DNA from: Candidatus Woesebacteria bacterium
GTDB lineage: Bacteria; Patescibacteriota; Microgenomatia; UBA1400; PJMF01
Assembly: GCA_017999345.1 (NCBI GenBank)
Contig: JAGNLY010000004.1
Span: forward strand, 886 to 64,885
Length of the DNA stretch: 64,000 nucleotides
Direction of reading: 5' to 3'
Shown here piece by piece: positions 1 through 9,507 of the stretch; within the stretch, counting starts at the first letter, position 1, and the number at the start of each line of letters is the position of its first letter. Both the position numbers and the translations under genes were made by a program. The notes below the pieces were generated by a model that searched no databases, was not told the origin of the DNA, and saw nothing but the letters and a program-made list of their open reading frames with translations.

Positions 1-2
1 CA

Positions 3-839
3 TACACAGTAACAAGAAATTCATTTGTATGCACACAGCCAGTGGTTGTTTCACAAAAAAGGACAGCTACCGACGAATCTGGAGCCAGTGTTCAAACAGA
101 ATGTTTTTATAATGATTCTACGAGCTGTCTGGACTCAGAAAGCCCGATTACTTTTTCAGTGACTGGACTGCAAAGAGAGAGACCAAATACAGCGATTCAA
201 TCTGACTTTGGATTTTCATCTTTATACACAAGAACTAGAAACAGCACTGGAGCAAATTCTGTTAGCTGGAGCATACAAATGAATCCTGACAACTACACTC
301 TAGCTATTCGTGATTATTTACCTAATTTATTAAATATATATTCTCCATACACTGGGCAAAATTGTGGTGGTTTTGACATTGAAGTTAAGCCTACATGTCC
401 TCCAACTGACTGCGAAGAACAAACCACCAATGCTGCAATATCTCTTGGCCCGGATGTTTTTTCACTTTGCGATCAAATTGCCGATGAACAATCAGAAGAA
501 AAAGCAGCATGCATTGCTTGTACAGGTGGCTCAACTGAGGCTGGCTCCTCTGATGTTGAAGGAATTTGGACTGCCATTGGTTGTATAAAAAAAGATCCAC
601 AAGCAATTATTGGTAAATTTATTAATGTTGGACTTGGAATTGGTGGCGGAGTGGCTCTAATTACATTCTTAGCAGCGGGATTTATATATAGTACTTCTCA
701 GGGAAGCCCAGAAAAGGTCAAAAGTGCCAAAGAAATGATGACTGCATCTATTGTTGGTTTAGTATTTATTATTTTCTCAGTAACAATACTCCAATTTATT
801 GGCTGGACTGTCTTGAAAATTCCAGGATTTGGAGGATAG
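3..839 (+). CDS. Cys-rich exported protein with C-terminal VirB2/TrbC-topology (T4SS-type) pilin module; 5' end probably outside window
   Basis: The frame is open from nt 3, with no stop upstream of the GTG at 42. The C-terminal ~90 aa read hydrophobic helix, polar loop (STSQGSPEKVKSAKEMMTASIVGL), second hydrophobic helix. This is the same module as the paralogs at 845-1291 and 10601-14157. Confidence 0.6.
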   Translation, partial: YTVTRNSFVCTQPVVVSQKRTATDESGASVQTECFYNDSTSCLDSESPITFSVTGLQRERPNTAIQSDFGFSSLYTRTRNSTGANSVSWSIQMNPDNYTLAIRDYLPNLLNIYSPYTGQNCGGFDIEVKPTCPPTDCEEQTTNAAISLGPDVFSLCDQIADEQSEEKAACIACTGGSTEAGSSDVEGIWTAIGCIKKDPQAIIGKFINVGLGIGGGVALITFLAAGFIYSTSQGSPEKVKSAKEMMTASIVGLVFIIFSVTILQFIGWTVLKIPGFGG

Positions 840-844
840 AAATA

Positions 845-1291
845 ATGAAATTAAAATTATTAAAATTCATTCCAATCATAGCAGTATTATTTGTTACGTT
901 GGCATTATTCAGAGTCGACAATGTTTTGGCTCAAGAGGCTGCAGGCGGAGTTAAACCTGCGCCTGCAAATATCACCACCGAACTTACTGCAGAAACATTC
1001 GATGCGCTTAATCCACTTGTTATATCTGGCTCACCTAATGCAGCAGAATTATCCACGCCCGGTGGTATTGTGACCAGAGCGTTAAACTTTTTATTTCCTC
1101 TTGCAGGACTAATATTATTTTTACTTATAAGTTGGGGTGGATTTGAAATGTTGATTAGTTCATCCGACTCAAAAGGCATAGAGGCTGGAAAAAATAGAGT
1201 TACTGCAGCAATTGTTGGATTTATATTGCTCTTCTGTTCTTATTGGTTAGCTCAAATTGTGGAGCTAGTTTTTGGAATTATTATTCTGTAG
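845..1291 (+). CDS. VirB2/TrbC-topology pilin-like protein (paralog P1)
   Basis: Signal peptide ending VLAQ. Then TM1, loop WGGFEMLISSSDSKGIEAGKNRVTAAIVGF, and TM2. Starts 5 nt after the upstream pilin-module gene. Confidence 0.7.
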   Translation: MKLKLLKFIPIIAVLFVTLALFRVDNVLAQEAAGGVKPAPANITTELTAETFDALNPLVISGSPNAAELSTPGGIVTRALNFLFPLAGLILFLLISWGGFEMLISSSDSKGIEAGKNRVTAAIVGFILLFCSYWLAQIVELVFGIIIL

Positions 1292-1368
1292 GTTCGCGCA
1301 AAAAAATCTTGCAGATGTAGATGTCGCCCGCAGACTTCAAGAAAACACTTATCGTCCTCCAACACTAA

Positions 1369-2103
1369 TCAACCACCAAATCGTCTATTTCTAGAATAAA
1401 ATTCTTCCAAAACTTCATCTAATTTTTTGGCTGTGAAATCTGGAAAGTTAAACTTAGGAAAAATTATTTCTGCATACTGATGTTGCCAAGACATAAAACC
1501 TGACAATCTAGTATTGTCTTCACCAGTTCTAACAATAACCTCTGGGTCTGGCATATAGTTAGTATCCAGATTCTCTGCAATCAGTTGTTCGTCAATATCT
1601 TCCGGCTTTAATTTACCATCAGCTACTTTTTTAGCAATTTTTTGCATCGTACGTTTTAGTTCATCGCGACCACCATAGTTCATGGCCAAAGTAACAGTAA
1701 ACTGCTTGCCCGTAGTTTTTAAAACATTATTTTTGGTTTTTTCTACCCCATTTATAATTCTCTCTTGAATATCTTTTTCAAAACCATTGATGTCACCGAT
1801 CATTTTAACTCTTACACCTTTTTTATTCCATTCATCAAGTCTCTCATCAAAAACTTTTCTAAATAAATTCATCAAGAAATCAACTTCAATCTTTTCTCTT
1901 TTCCAATTTTCAGTACTAAATATCCAAAATGTTAGGTATTCTAAGCCTATTTCAATACTGTGATCAATTAAGGTTTCAAAAACCTCATTAACTGCTTTTT
2001 CATGACCCATAAAAACTTTAAGACCTCTTTTTCTAGCCCAAGATCTATTGCCGTCACAGATAATTGCGATGTGTTTTGGAATTTTGTTTTCAATTGAAGT
2101 CAT
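1369..2103 (-). CDS. uppS: Isoprenyl transferase (undecaprenyl-diphosphate synthase family, cis-prenyltransferase)
   Basis: HIAIICDGNRSWARKRG near the N-terminus and RTGEDNTRLSGFMSWQ..YAEIIF near the C-terminus. Both are cis-IPPS signatures. Length 244 aa. Confidence 0.9.
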   Translation of the reverse strand: MTSIENKIPKHIAIICDGNRSWARKRGLKVFMGHEKAVNEVFETLIDHSIEIGLEYLTFWIFSTENWKREKIEVDFLMNLFRKVFDERLDEWNKKGVRVKMIGDINGFEKDIQERIINGVEKTKNNVLKTTGKQFTVTLAMNYGGRDELKRTMQKIAKKVADGKLKPEDIDEQLIAENLDTNYMPDPEVIVRTGEDNTRLSGFMSWQHQYAEIIFPKFNFPDFTAKKLDEVLEEFYSRNRRFGG

Positions 2104-2118
2104 AATATTTTTTATAAT

Positions 2119-2658
2119 TTATATTGTTTTATTATTTTTCCAATAATCGTTTAATACATCCAAATGTTTTAAGTTTGTGCTCTCTCCATTACTAATTAAT
2201 TTTTTAAAATCCTCTTGAGAGAAAAATTCAGTCTTCTCCACCTCTGCAGTTTCTATAATTATTTCTTCTCTATTATACTTCCCTAAATAATAATATACGA
2301 AATGGGTTTCCCAATCATACTTGTGAAGTTCTTTTTTTATAAAAGTTAATTCTGAATCAAATCCAACTTCTTCTAATAACTCTTGATGTGCCGCTGCTAA
2401 AATTTGAGTACCTTTTGTAATATGGCCTTCTATTAAGGACCACATACTGGGATTTACCTTTTTATGACTACTTCTTTTTTCCAGCAAAACTCTACCTTGA
2501 TTATCAACAACAATTATTGCCACCTCTCTATGAATTTTCTTTGGATTTGAATTTGCTTCTTTTCTAATAATCTCACCAATAATTTCGTCATTTTCATTGA
2601 CTAGATCTAAAAGTTCATCTGGTTTGTTAGCTAATTCATTTACACTAATTTTTATCAT
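2119..2658 (-). CDS. Nudix-fold hydrolase (IDI-like, near-canonical Nudix box)
   Basis: GHITKGTQILAAAHQELLEEVGF fits GX5EX7REUXEEXGU except E->T and R->Q. The preceding REVAIIVVDNQGRVLLEKRS beta-strand pattern is typical of the Nudix fold. Confidence 0.7.
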   Translation of the reverse strand: MIKISVNELANKPDELLDLVNENDEIIGEIIRKEANSNPKKIHREVAIIVVDNQGRVLLEKRSSHKKVNPSMWSLIEGHITKGTQILAAAHQELLEEVGFDSELTFIKKELHKYDWETHFVYYYLGKYNREEIIIETAEVEKTEFFSQEDFKKLISNGESTNLKHLDVLNDYWKNNKTI

Positions 2659-2663
2659 AATAT

Positions 2664-3230
2664 TTAGCCTAATAATTCTTTGTGTCTAAAACAATTTTTT
2701 GTGTGGTCATTTACTATGCCAGTGGCTTGCATAAATGCATATATTATAGTTGGTCCTATAAAACTAAACCCTCTTTTTTTTAAATCTTTACTCAAAATTT
2801 CAGCCTCTTTGCTAAAAATAGGAACCTCAGTTATGTTTTTCCATAAATTTATTACTGGCTTATTATTTACAAAATTCCAAATATATTTTGAAAAACTTCC
2901 AAATTCATTTTGAATTTCTAGAAATAATTTAGCATTTTTTACAGCCGATCTTATTTTTAGCTTATTACGAATAATTTCAGGATTGTTAATTAGCTCTAAT
3001 ATTTTTTGTTCACTATAAGCAGCCACTGTTTTTGGATTAAAATTTGAAAAAGCTTTTCTATACCCCCCTCTTCTTTTTATAATTGTCTCCCAAGAAAGTC
3101 CAGCTTGAGCACCTTCTAATACTAAAAATTCAAAAAAAATTTTATCATCAAAAACCGGAACCCCCCACTCATTGTCATGATAATCTACATAATCCTTATT
3201 CTCTAAAGATACCCAAGAACAACGCTGCAT
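2664..3230 (-). CDS. tag: DNA-3-methyladenine glycosylase I
   Basis: RCSWV..YVDYHDNEWGVPVFDD..FEFLVLEGAQAGLSWETIIKRR is the Tag family N-terminal signature. Length 188 aa. Confidence 0.88.
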   Translation of the reverse strand: MQRCSWVSLENKDYVDYHDNEWGVPVFDDKIFFEFLVLEGAQAGLSWETIIKRRGGYRKAFSNFNPKTVAAYSEQKILELINNPEIIRNKLKIRSAVKNAKLFLEIQNEFGSFSKYIWNFVNNKPVINLWKNITEVPIFSKEAEILSKDLKKRGFSFIGPTIIYAFMQATGIVNDHTKNCFRHKELLG

Positions 3231-3235
3231 ATTAG

Positions 3236-4039
3236 CTAACCCTTAGAAACAATTCTTGTTCCAGTAAATTCCTTGCCTGTCAGACAATTTAACAATGTTC
3301 CCTCTTTAACACCTGAAATAATTACTGATTCAATGCCTTGATCAGCTAATTCCAATGATTCTAAAATTTTATGCCACATTCCTCCAGTAACATCAAACCC
3401 TTTTGTATCTCTCATTAAAGTTTTGACTTTTTGTTCATTATCTCTTGAAATCTCACTTATCACCACATTATTTTCGTCTAGAACGCCCGCTACCTCAGTT
3501 ACATGAATAATCCTACTAACCTGATAATCACCTTTTGGCAAATTATTTGCGATATAGCTCAAAACTTTTTCCGTTGACCATATAGTGCACCCAATTTTTT
3601 CATCAATTAAAACATCTCCTCCCGTAACTGGAACCAAACCTTTTTCCAAATAATTTAAAAGTACCTCAGAGCACCAATGTTTTGCTTTTTTATTATTAGT
3701 AACCATACTATTGCTAAATAAAAAGCTTACAGCAGGAATTTGATCACGTAAAAAGTTTTTAACAACAATTCTATTTAATTGAGCTGCGCTATCTTGAGTA
3801 ATTGCCATACCTATTGCACTTTCCTCAGATACAAATCCATCCATTGTTTTATATCTAAGAGCTGGAGCATGAGCAAAACTTCCTTGACCATGGCCTACAA
3901 TATATAAATCTTCAGATTGAGATCTAGCTTGAGAAATTTCCATTATTAGACGATTAAGAGTATCTCTTTGGACCATCATAGGAACTTCTTTATTTGTAAT
4001 AATTGCGCCACCCAATTTAATTAAAGTTATTTTTTTCAT
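3236..4039 (-). CDS. ipk: Isopentenyl phosphate kinase (amino-acid-kinase fold)
   Basis: LIKLGGAIITNKEVP, HGQGSFAH, IPAVSF, LVPVTGGDVLIDE and DVTGGMWHKI align motif-for-motif with archaeal IPK (ILKLGGS, HGGGAFGH, IPAVS, VPVIHGD, DVTGGM). Confidence 0.85.
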   Translation of the reverse strand: MKKITLIKLGGAIITNKEVPMMVQRDTLNRLIMEISQARSQSEDLYIVGHGQGSFAHAPALRYKTMDGFVSEESAIGMAITQDSAAQLNRIVVKNFLRDQIPAVSFLFSNSMVTNNKKAKHWCSEVLLNYLEKGLVPVTGGDVLIDEKIGCTIWSTEKVLSYIANNLPKGDYQVSRIIHVTEVAGVLDENNVVISEISRDNEQKVKTLMRDTKGFDVTGGMWHKILESLELADQGIESVIISGVKEGTLLNCLTGKEFTGTRIVSKG

Positions 4040-4052
4040 AAATTTCTTTCAT

Positions 4053-4814
4053 TTATTCTATTAGACCATATAAAAATTCTGCATCTTCTTGGCTCAAATC
4101 TTTTGGAAGCAAAATATTTCCAGAATTATCAAATGATCCATTTTTAATTGATAAGCCTAGTTTTTTTGATTCATCCTCTATAAAAACGTGGGTTATCCTA
4201 TTCAACCTGTTTGTTTCTAACAATATTGCGTCATTTGTCCATTTCTCAACTAAATCTAAAAACCAAAGATATGATGTTGTATATAAATGAGGCCTAGAAC
4301 TTAGTGATTCTATTACATTCTGTTTTGCTTGCAAAGACATCCACTCGTCTTTAAGTAATTCAAGTTTCTGCCATTTTGCAAGTCCCTGTTCTTCCATTTT
4401 ACTTAAAAAAGTTTCCTGGTGAAGATCTAATTGATCTAACCAATAAAGTGCAGATGTCACTCCTATTTGATTAATATTATTTTTACTCCTCTGACCCACT
4501 AAAAATGGATACCTTTGAACTTTTCCTGAATCTAGAAGTTCTAAAGATAAAGATAGGTTAATCTCCTCTTCCAGTTCATTTTGGATAGTTGCAGATCTTG
4601 TTTCCAATTTACCATTGGCATCAAATGATCTTCCGCCACCTGGAAAAGACCATGCTGGCTCAACTGCTTTAATCCACTGTATGAATCCGGCCGAAACCTC
4701 ATTTTTGGAATTATCATGTACTGATAAAACTTCAATGCCTCTTTTTTTTGTTTCTCGTGACAAAACAAATGAGGCTCCCATCAATCTTTGCTCGTTCTCA
4801 TCTCTTGTGTTCAT
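4053..4814 (-). CDS. Hypothetical protein with degenerate Nudix-box-like segment
   Basis: aa 58-87 read PGGGRSFDANGKLETRSATIQNELEEEINL. This matches EX7REUXEEXGU with R->N and G->N. I recognise no other motif. Embedded in the mevalonate operon. Confidence 0.4.
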   Translation of the reverse strand: MNTRDENEQRLMGASFVLSRETKKRGIEVLSVHDNSKNEVSAGFIQWIKAVEPAWSFPGGGRSFDANGKLETRSATIQNELEEEINLSLSLELLDSGKVQRYPFLVGQRSKNNINQIGVTSALYWLDQLDLHQETFLSKMEEQGLAKWQKLELLKDEWMSLQAKQNVIESLSSRPHLYTTSYLWFLDLVEKWTNDAILLETNRLNRITHVFIEDESKKLGLSIKNGSFDNSGNILLPKDLSQEDAEFLYGLIE

Positions 4815-4890
4815 ACTTTAATATTTTTTATTACAGTTGTAGGACAATATATTAGTCGGAATTTTATATAAAAATCATTCTTTTTGCTCT

Positions 4891-5190
4891 TTAAACTATT
4901 TTAATACCGTAATTGATTAATGATGATTCATCGCAACTGCTAATTTTTCTCAAAGCCAATTTAACCTTGTCACCTTTTTTGAGAATCTCATTTTTTTCTC
5001 CCATAAATTCAAAATTTTTGCCCTCAACTTCAACAATTGCAAAATAATACGGCAGAAACTCTTGAAATTCTGGAGCGGTAACCTCAATTTTAGTGGACAA
5101 TATTACCTTGCCACTTTTTCCAACCAAATTACTCCATTTTTTGTTGTTTCTCCAATAACTTGCTGGACTTATTTTCATTTTATTTTCCAA
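4891..5190 (-). CDS. DUF35-type OB-fold protein (thiolase/HMG-CoA-synthase partner), lacking the Zn-ribbon cysteines
   Basis: 99 aa. The pattern GKVILSTKIEV..FQEFLPYYFAIVEVEGKNF...GDKVKL is typical of the DUF35 OB-fold. Its start abuts the thiolase stop with a 0-nt gap. Confidence 0.65.
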   Translation of the reverse strand: MENKMKISPASYWRNNKKWSNLVGKSGKVILSTKIEVTAPEFQEFLPYYFAIVEVEGKNFEFMGEKNEILKKGDKVKLALRKISSCDESSLINYGIKIV

Positions 5191-6369
5191 TTATTTTTCC
5201 AAAATATGTACAACTGCTGTTGCCCCACTGCCACCAACATTATGTGTCAAGCCATAGGTTTTTTCCTCAACTGCGATTGGCAATTTTTCAAGCAAATTAG
5301 CCATAAATGCAAGTTGCTTAACACCCGTTGCTCCAACTGGATGACCACAAGCTTTTAATCCTCCAGATGGATTAATCACAACTTTTCCACCATAGGTAGT
5401 TTGCTCATTAATCGTGGCCATACCACCGGTACCTTTTTCAAAAAATCCCAAATCTTCAATTGCTAAAATTTCTGCAATGGTAAAACAATCATGAACTTCA
5501 GCAAACTTAATATTTTTTGCAGAAATATTTGCATTTTTATAAGCTTCCTTTGAAGCCTTTACAGTTGCATGAAGACTTGTGAGTGATTTTCTATTTGCTA
5601 AATTTAATGAATCCTGAGCATGACCGTATGACACAATTTTTGGCTTATTAGCATATTCAGGCAAGTCTTTAGTGGTCAAAACTATTGCACTCGAACCATC
5701 AGAAACTGGAGAACAATCTAAAAGTCGCAAAGGACTTGCAACCATACTGCTTAAATTAACCTGTTCAATAGTAAAAGCTTTTCTAAATTGTGCATTTTTA
5801 TTATTCAACGCATGTTTGTGATTTTTGACTGAAACTGCAGAAAGTTGTTCCCTTGTCGTGCCATATTTATTAATATGAGCGTTAGCCAAAAGTGCATAGA
5901 GAGCTGGAAATGTACTACCATATTCAAACTCAAAATCTGAAGCAGATGACAAAATCTTTGTGATCTCATCAGAATTTAAATCGTTCATTTTCTCTACCCC
6001 GACCACCATGACTGTTTTGTATTTTCCAGAAAGCAAGGCGTTTTCTGCTTCCACAGCTGCCAAACTTCCAGAGGCGCAAGCCCCTTCAACTCTAATTGAT
6101 GGAGGGAAATGCTTAAACATCTGACTAACTGCTGCGCCCAAATGCAGTTGATTCTCAAAAATTCCTGACGCCATGTTGGCCACAAAAACAGCTTCAATTT
6201 CTTGCGGATTAAATCCTTCGTACTCAGAAATATTTGAAGCAGAATTCTTAATATTTGCAATGGCTCCAAAAACTGATTCATTGAGTAAATCATAGATAGA
6301 TTTATCCCAAAGCTCACCAAATTTTGATGTGTAAGTTCCAATAATTTTTATAGTTTTGTTGTTAGACAT
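5191..6369 (-). CDS. Thiolase (acetyl-CoA acetyltransferase, archaeal/SCP-x-like type)
   Basis: Catalytic-Cys context VEGACASGS, plus HDCFT and NPSGGLKACGHPVGATG near the C-terminus. Length 392 aa. Confidence 0.85.
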   Translation of the reverse strand: MSNNKTIKIIGTYTSKFGELWDKSIYDLLNESVFGAIANIKNSASNISEYEGFNPQEIEAVFVANMASGIFENQLHLGAAVSQMFKHFPPSIRVEGACASGSLAAVEAENALLSGKYKTVMVVGVEKMNDLNSDEITKILSSASDFEFEYGSTFPALYALLANAHINKYGTTREQLSAVSVKNHKHALNNKNAQFRKAFTIEQVNLSSMVASPLRLLDCSPVSDGSSAIVLTTKDLPEYANKPKIVSYGHAQDSLNLANRKSLTSLHATVKASKEAYKNANISAKNIKFAEVHDCFTIAEILAIEDLGFFEKGTGGMATINEQTTYGGKVVINPSGGLKACGHPVGATGVKQLAFMANLLEKLPIAVEEKTYGLTHNVGGSGATAVVHILEK

Positions 6370-6374
6370 TTCTC

Positions 6375-7445
6375 TTATTTTTCTGCTACATTTTGAATGT
6401 ATGTTTGATAATCAATTTCTTTCATTGAATTGATTTGTGAACTCACAAAATTGTTCCATTTGTTTCTGCTTGTTTCTAGGTTTTTTGTTGTCTCAAATAT
6501 AAAAGCATCACTTCCAGAACCAGAGCCATAAGAGACAAGGATGATTTTCTGTGATTTTTTTGCCACATCCAAAACTGCACTAAAAGCTAACATGCTCGCT
6601 GCGGCATAAGTATTACCTATTTTTTTAACCACCAGGCTTGGAGACAGTTGATCTTCATTAAAACCTAATTTTTTGGCTATTAAACTTGGAAATTTAGCGT
6701 TTGGGGTATGAAAAATACAGTAATCAAAATCTTTTGCTTCTAAGTTTAATTTATTCATTAATTTAGTAGCAGCGTTATAAATATGAGAAAAATATGCTGG
6801 TTCACCACTAAATCTTCCCGCATGTTCTGGATAACTCATTCCTGGCCTACGCCAAAAATCTGGAGTATCGGTTGCGATTGAAACAGTGCCCAATAATTTG
6901 GCCAAAAGATTTTCACTTCCAACTATAAATGAGGCAGACCCAGACCCGGCGGTGTATTCCAAAACATCTCCTTGTTTTGATTGCGCAGTATCAGAACCTA
7001 TGGCCAACCCATATTTTGCAAATCCTGAAGCAACGTATGATAGACAAATTTGCAGGGCTTGTGTACCAGCCTTACATGCAAATTGAAGATCAGCAAGAGA
7101 AATATTATCAGAAAGTCCTAATGCTTGTTTTACAACTGTTCCAGTTGGTTTAACAGCATAAGGATGACTTTCACTACCAATAAAAAGACAACCTATTTCT
7201 TTTTTTATTTCAAGATTATTTTTTGAATCAGCCAAATATCTTTCTATACTTTGATTGGCAGATTCCACAGAAATTGTGACTGTATCTTCATCAATTGCGG
7301 GCACACTTTTTTGAAATACTCCCAGAGATTTATAAATGTTTGCGCCATCTTTATTATGAGCGGCTTCAATAGTTTTACCTTTTATAAAATATTTGGGAAT
7401 GTATGATCCATAGGCAACAATGCCAATTTCATTAGTTTTTTTCAT
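6375..7445 (-). CDS. Hydroxymethylglutaryl-CoA synthase (short archaeal-type)
   Basis: IGIVAYGSYIPKY start, active-site context LQFACKAGTQAL, and FHTPNAKF. Length 356 aa. Lies between the thiolase and HMG-CoA reductase genes. Confidence 0.85.
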   Translation of the reverse strand: MKKTNEIGIVAYGSYIPKYFIKGKTIEAAHNKDGANIYKSLGVFQKSVPAIDEDTVTISVESANQSIERYLADSKNNLEIKKEIGCLFIGSESHPYAVKPTGTVVKQALGLSDNISLADLQFACKAGTQALQICLSYVASGFAKYGLAIGSDTAQSKQGDVLEYTAGSGSASFIVGSENLLAKLLGTVSIATDTPDFWRRPGMSYPEHAGRFSGEPAYFSHIYNAATKLMNKLNLEAKDFDYCIFHTPNAKFPSLIAKKLGFNEDQLSPSLVVKKIGNTYAAASMLAFSAVLDVAKKSQKIILVSYGSGSGSDAFIFETTKNLETSRNKWNNFVSSQINSMKEIDYQTYIQNVAEK

Positions 7446-7446
7446 C

Positions 7447-8799
7447 TTATGAATTCTTTACTTTGCCACGAAGATTCACGTTGCATCGAGCTAAATTTTC
7501 ATGCGCACTTGCTAAAGATTGATTTGTTAGCGCACAAAGTCCTGAAATCTCACCAGCTAGGGCCGCGACGCCGACTGTTAGTGCCAAAACCATTGAGCTA
7601 GCTGATTTTTTTTCAGCAGAAGTAATATTTTCCGTACCAGTATCTTTGGTAACATTTACAGCTTTGTTTTCAGCCGTACCCTCAACTTTGCTTTCAACAT
7701 CAGAATTGCTTTTAGCTTCGTCCATATTTTGAGAAATGATCAGTGATCTGGCCTGTGATTGTTTTGGCAACCACGTGCCTCCTCCTACACTACCAACACT
7801 GATAGTTGGTAAAGTCAAAGCAACATAAACTCCATCATTTTCCTCTTCAAAAGTCACCGATGCTTCGCTACCACCGACTACATGAGCTGGATCTTGGCCC
7901 GTGGCAATATAAAAAGCTGCCAAAGCGTTGGCTACATGCATATTTTGTGCCATTGAACCAGCCACATTGCTGCCAACTAAGTTCTTGGCCACGTGACTTC
8001 TAACCAAATCTTTTGCTGTAACATCAAAAATTTCTGCCAGAATTTCTTTTGATAAAAAAACTTCGACTTCAACATTAAATCCTCTGCCAAACATTCTGTT
8101 TAGAACCGAATCTTTTTTGTCTGTGCAAACATTTCCAGAAAGTGACAATAATTTTACATTTACATGATCTTCTTTTATTTTATTCCAGGCATATTTTAAA
8201 GCGATCGTAACCATGTTCATTCCCATGGCCTCATCCGTGTCAAAACTGAACCTTAAATATACATGTCTGCCTCTAATAAAAGACTGATGTGATAAAAACT
8301 TAAGATGATTACTCGTGCTTTCGCAATACTGAGCAAATGTTTTTATGTTTTTATTCATCCACTCAGAAAATTCATGTGCTTTGAAATTATTCTCACATTT
8401 AAAAACCAAAGCTCTGGCCATTCCAACTTTGTTAATAAAAACAGAAAGACTGTCTGATAAATTTATTGCCTTACAGCCTCTATTTATTGAGGCCACTAAA
8501 GCTCCTTCTGTAGTTGCAAGAGGAATAAACAACCCATTTTTAACGTCTGTAATTTCTTCGACAGTGCCACCAACAAAATTATTAACTTTTACGGGACCAG
8601 CTAGCCCCATTGGAATCTCAACACTTCCAATCATGTTTTCACAATTAGTAGTGCCCGTTCGATCAACAGGAAAATTAATATTAAATAATTCTTTAAAATC
8701 GCCAACTCTTGAGTTTTTTACAATCGCCTGTCTTTTTTCCAGCTTTTCAGACTCTGATAAATTTTCATCTCGAATATATAAACTAAAATGACTAGACAT
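7447..8799 (-). CDS. hmgA: HMG-CoA reductase, class-I-like
   Basis: TTEGALVAS, DEAMGMNMV and GSVGGGTWL resemble the class I motifs EGCLVAS, DAMGMN and GGGT. A low-complexity insert lies near the C-terminus (DEAKSNSDVESKVEGTAENKAVNVTKDTGTENITSAEKK). Confidence 0.85.
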   Translation of the reverse strand: MSSHFSLYIRDENLSESEKLEKRQAIVKNSRVGDFKELFNINFPVDRTGTTNCENMIGSVEIPMGLAGPVKVNNFVGGTVEEITDVKNGLFIPLATTEGALVASINRGCKAINLSDSLSVFINKVGMARALVFKCENNFKAHEFSEWMNKNIKTFAQYCESTSNHLKFLSHQSFIRGRHVYLRFSFDTDEAMGMNMVTIALKYAWNKIKEDHVNVKLLSLSGNVCTDKKDSVLNRMFGRGFNVEVEVFLSKEILAEIFDVTAKDLVRSHVAKNLVGSNVAGSMAQNMHVANALAAFYIATGQDPAHVVGGSEASVTFEEENDGVYVALTLPTISVGSVGGGTWLPKQSQARSLIISQNMDEAKSNSDVESKVEGTAENKAVNVTKDTGTENITSAEKKSASSMVLALTVGVAALAGEISGLCALTNQSLASAHENLARCNVNLRGKVKNS

Positions 8800-8853
8800 A
8801 TATATCTAGTCGCAATTTTAGTTAAAAACCATGCAAAATCTGTGGAGAAATTA

Positions 8854-9507
8854 TTATTTTGAGTTAATTGATTCTAGATAACTTTTCAATCGATCGTCAT
8901 TCAGCATCATAGCAGACCACGGAGCCAGCAAAACTTTTTTGTTATTCAGATTAATTTTTATTGGAGCGGTTTTTTGTTTTAACAACTCTATTGAAAAATC
9001 TAATGTTTCCTTTGGACTTGGAATTGAGCTGTTTTTTTGGATTTCATTAATCAAAAAATTAAAATCAACCCAACAATAATCACTGGCTTCCTCGTGATTC
9101 AACTCAACTTTGCCGTTATATTTTTCAACAAAAACTTGATCGAACTCAAACTCTCCATACTTACTATTACAATATGCTTTGTAAATAAACTGATAAATTG
9201 GTTTTAGTTGCAATTTTTCACCAGCTTCATTTTGATAAATAACCCCAATTTCTTCCCTCAACCTTCTGATGGCACAATCTTCAAATGTCTCGTTTGGTCT
9301 AACATTGCCACAAATCGCGTTTCCCCACCAACCTGCACCAACAATTTTTTGCACGCTCCTCTTTTGTAAGAGCACTTCATTTTTATCATTAATTAGCCAA
9401 ACAGAAGATGCTCGATGAAGTTTAGCCGGATGCTCATGGGCCTTATATTTGTCCATTTCTCCAAGAACATTATTGTTTTCGTCTACCAAAGTTATATTTG
9501 TTGTCAT
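8854..9507 (-). CDS. idi: Isopentenyl-diphosphate delta-isomerase, type 1 (Nudix fold)
   Basis: HRASSVWLIN..LLQKRS..K..GAGWWGNAICGNVRPNETFEDCAIRRLREEIGV parallels E. coli Idi (WTNSVCGHP..ESNEDAVIRRCRYELGV). Confidence 0.85.
   Translation of the reverse strand: MTTNITLVDENNNVLGEMDKYKAHEHPAKLHRASSVWLINDKNEVLLQKRSVQKIVGAGWWGNAICGNVRPNETFEDCAIRRLREEIGVIYQNEAGEKLQLKPIYQFIYKAYCNSKYGEFEFDQVFVEKYNGKVELNHEEASDYCWVDFNFLINEIQKNSSIPSPKETLDFSIELLKQKTAPIKINLNNKKVLLAPWSAMMLNDDRLKSYLESINSK

Noticed and set aside
8345-8791. 148-aa plus-strand ORF
   Set aside because: It lies entirely inside the HMG-CoA reductase gene on the opposite strand. That gene has clear catalytic motifs.
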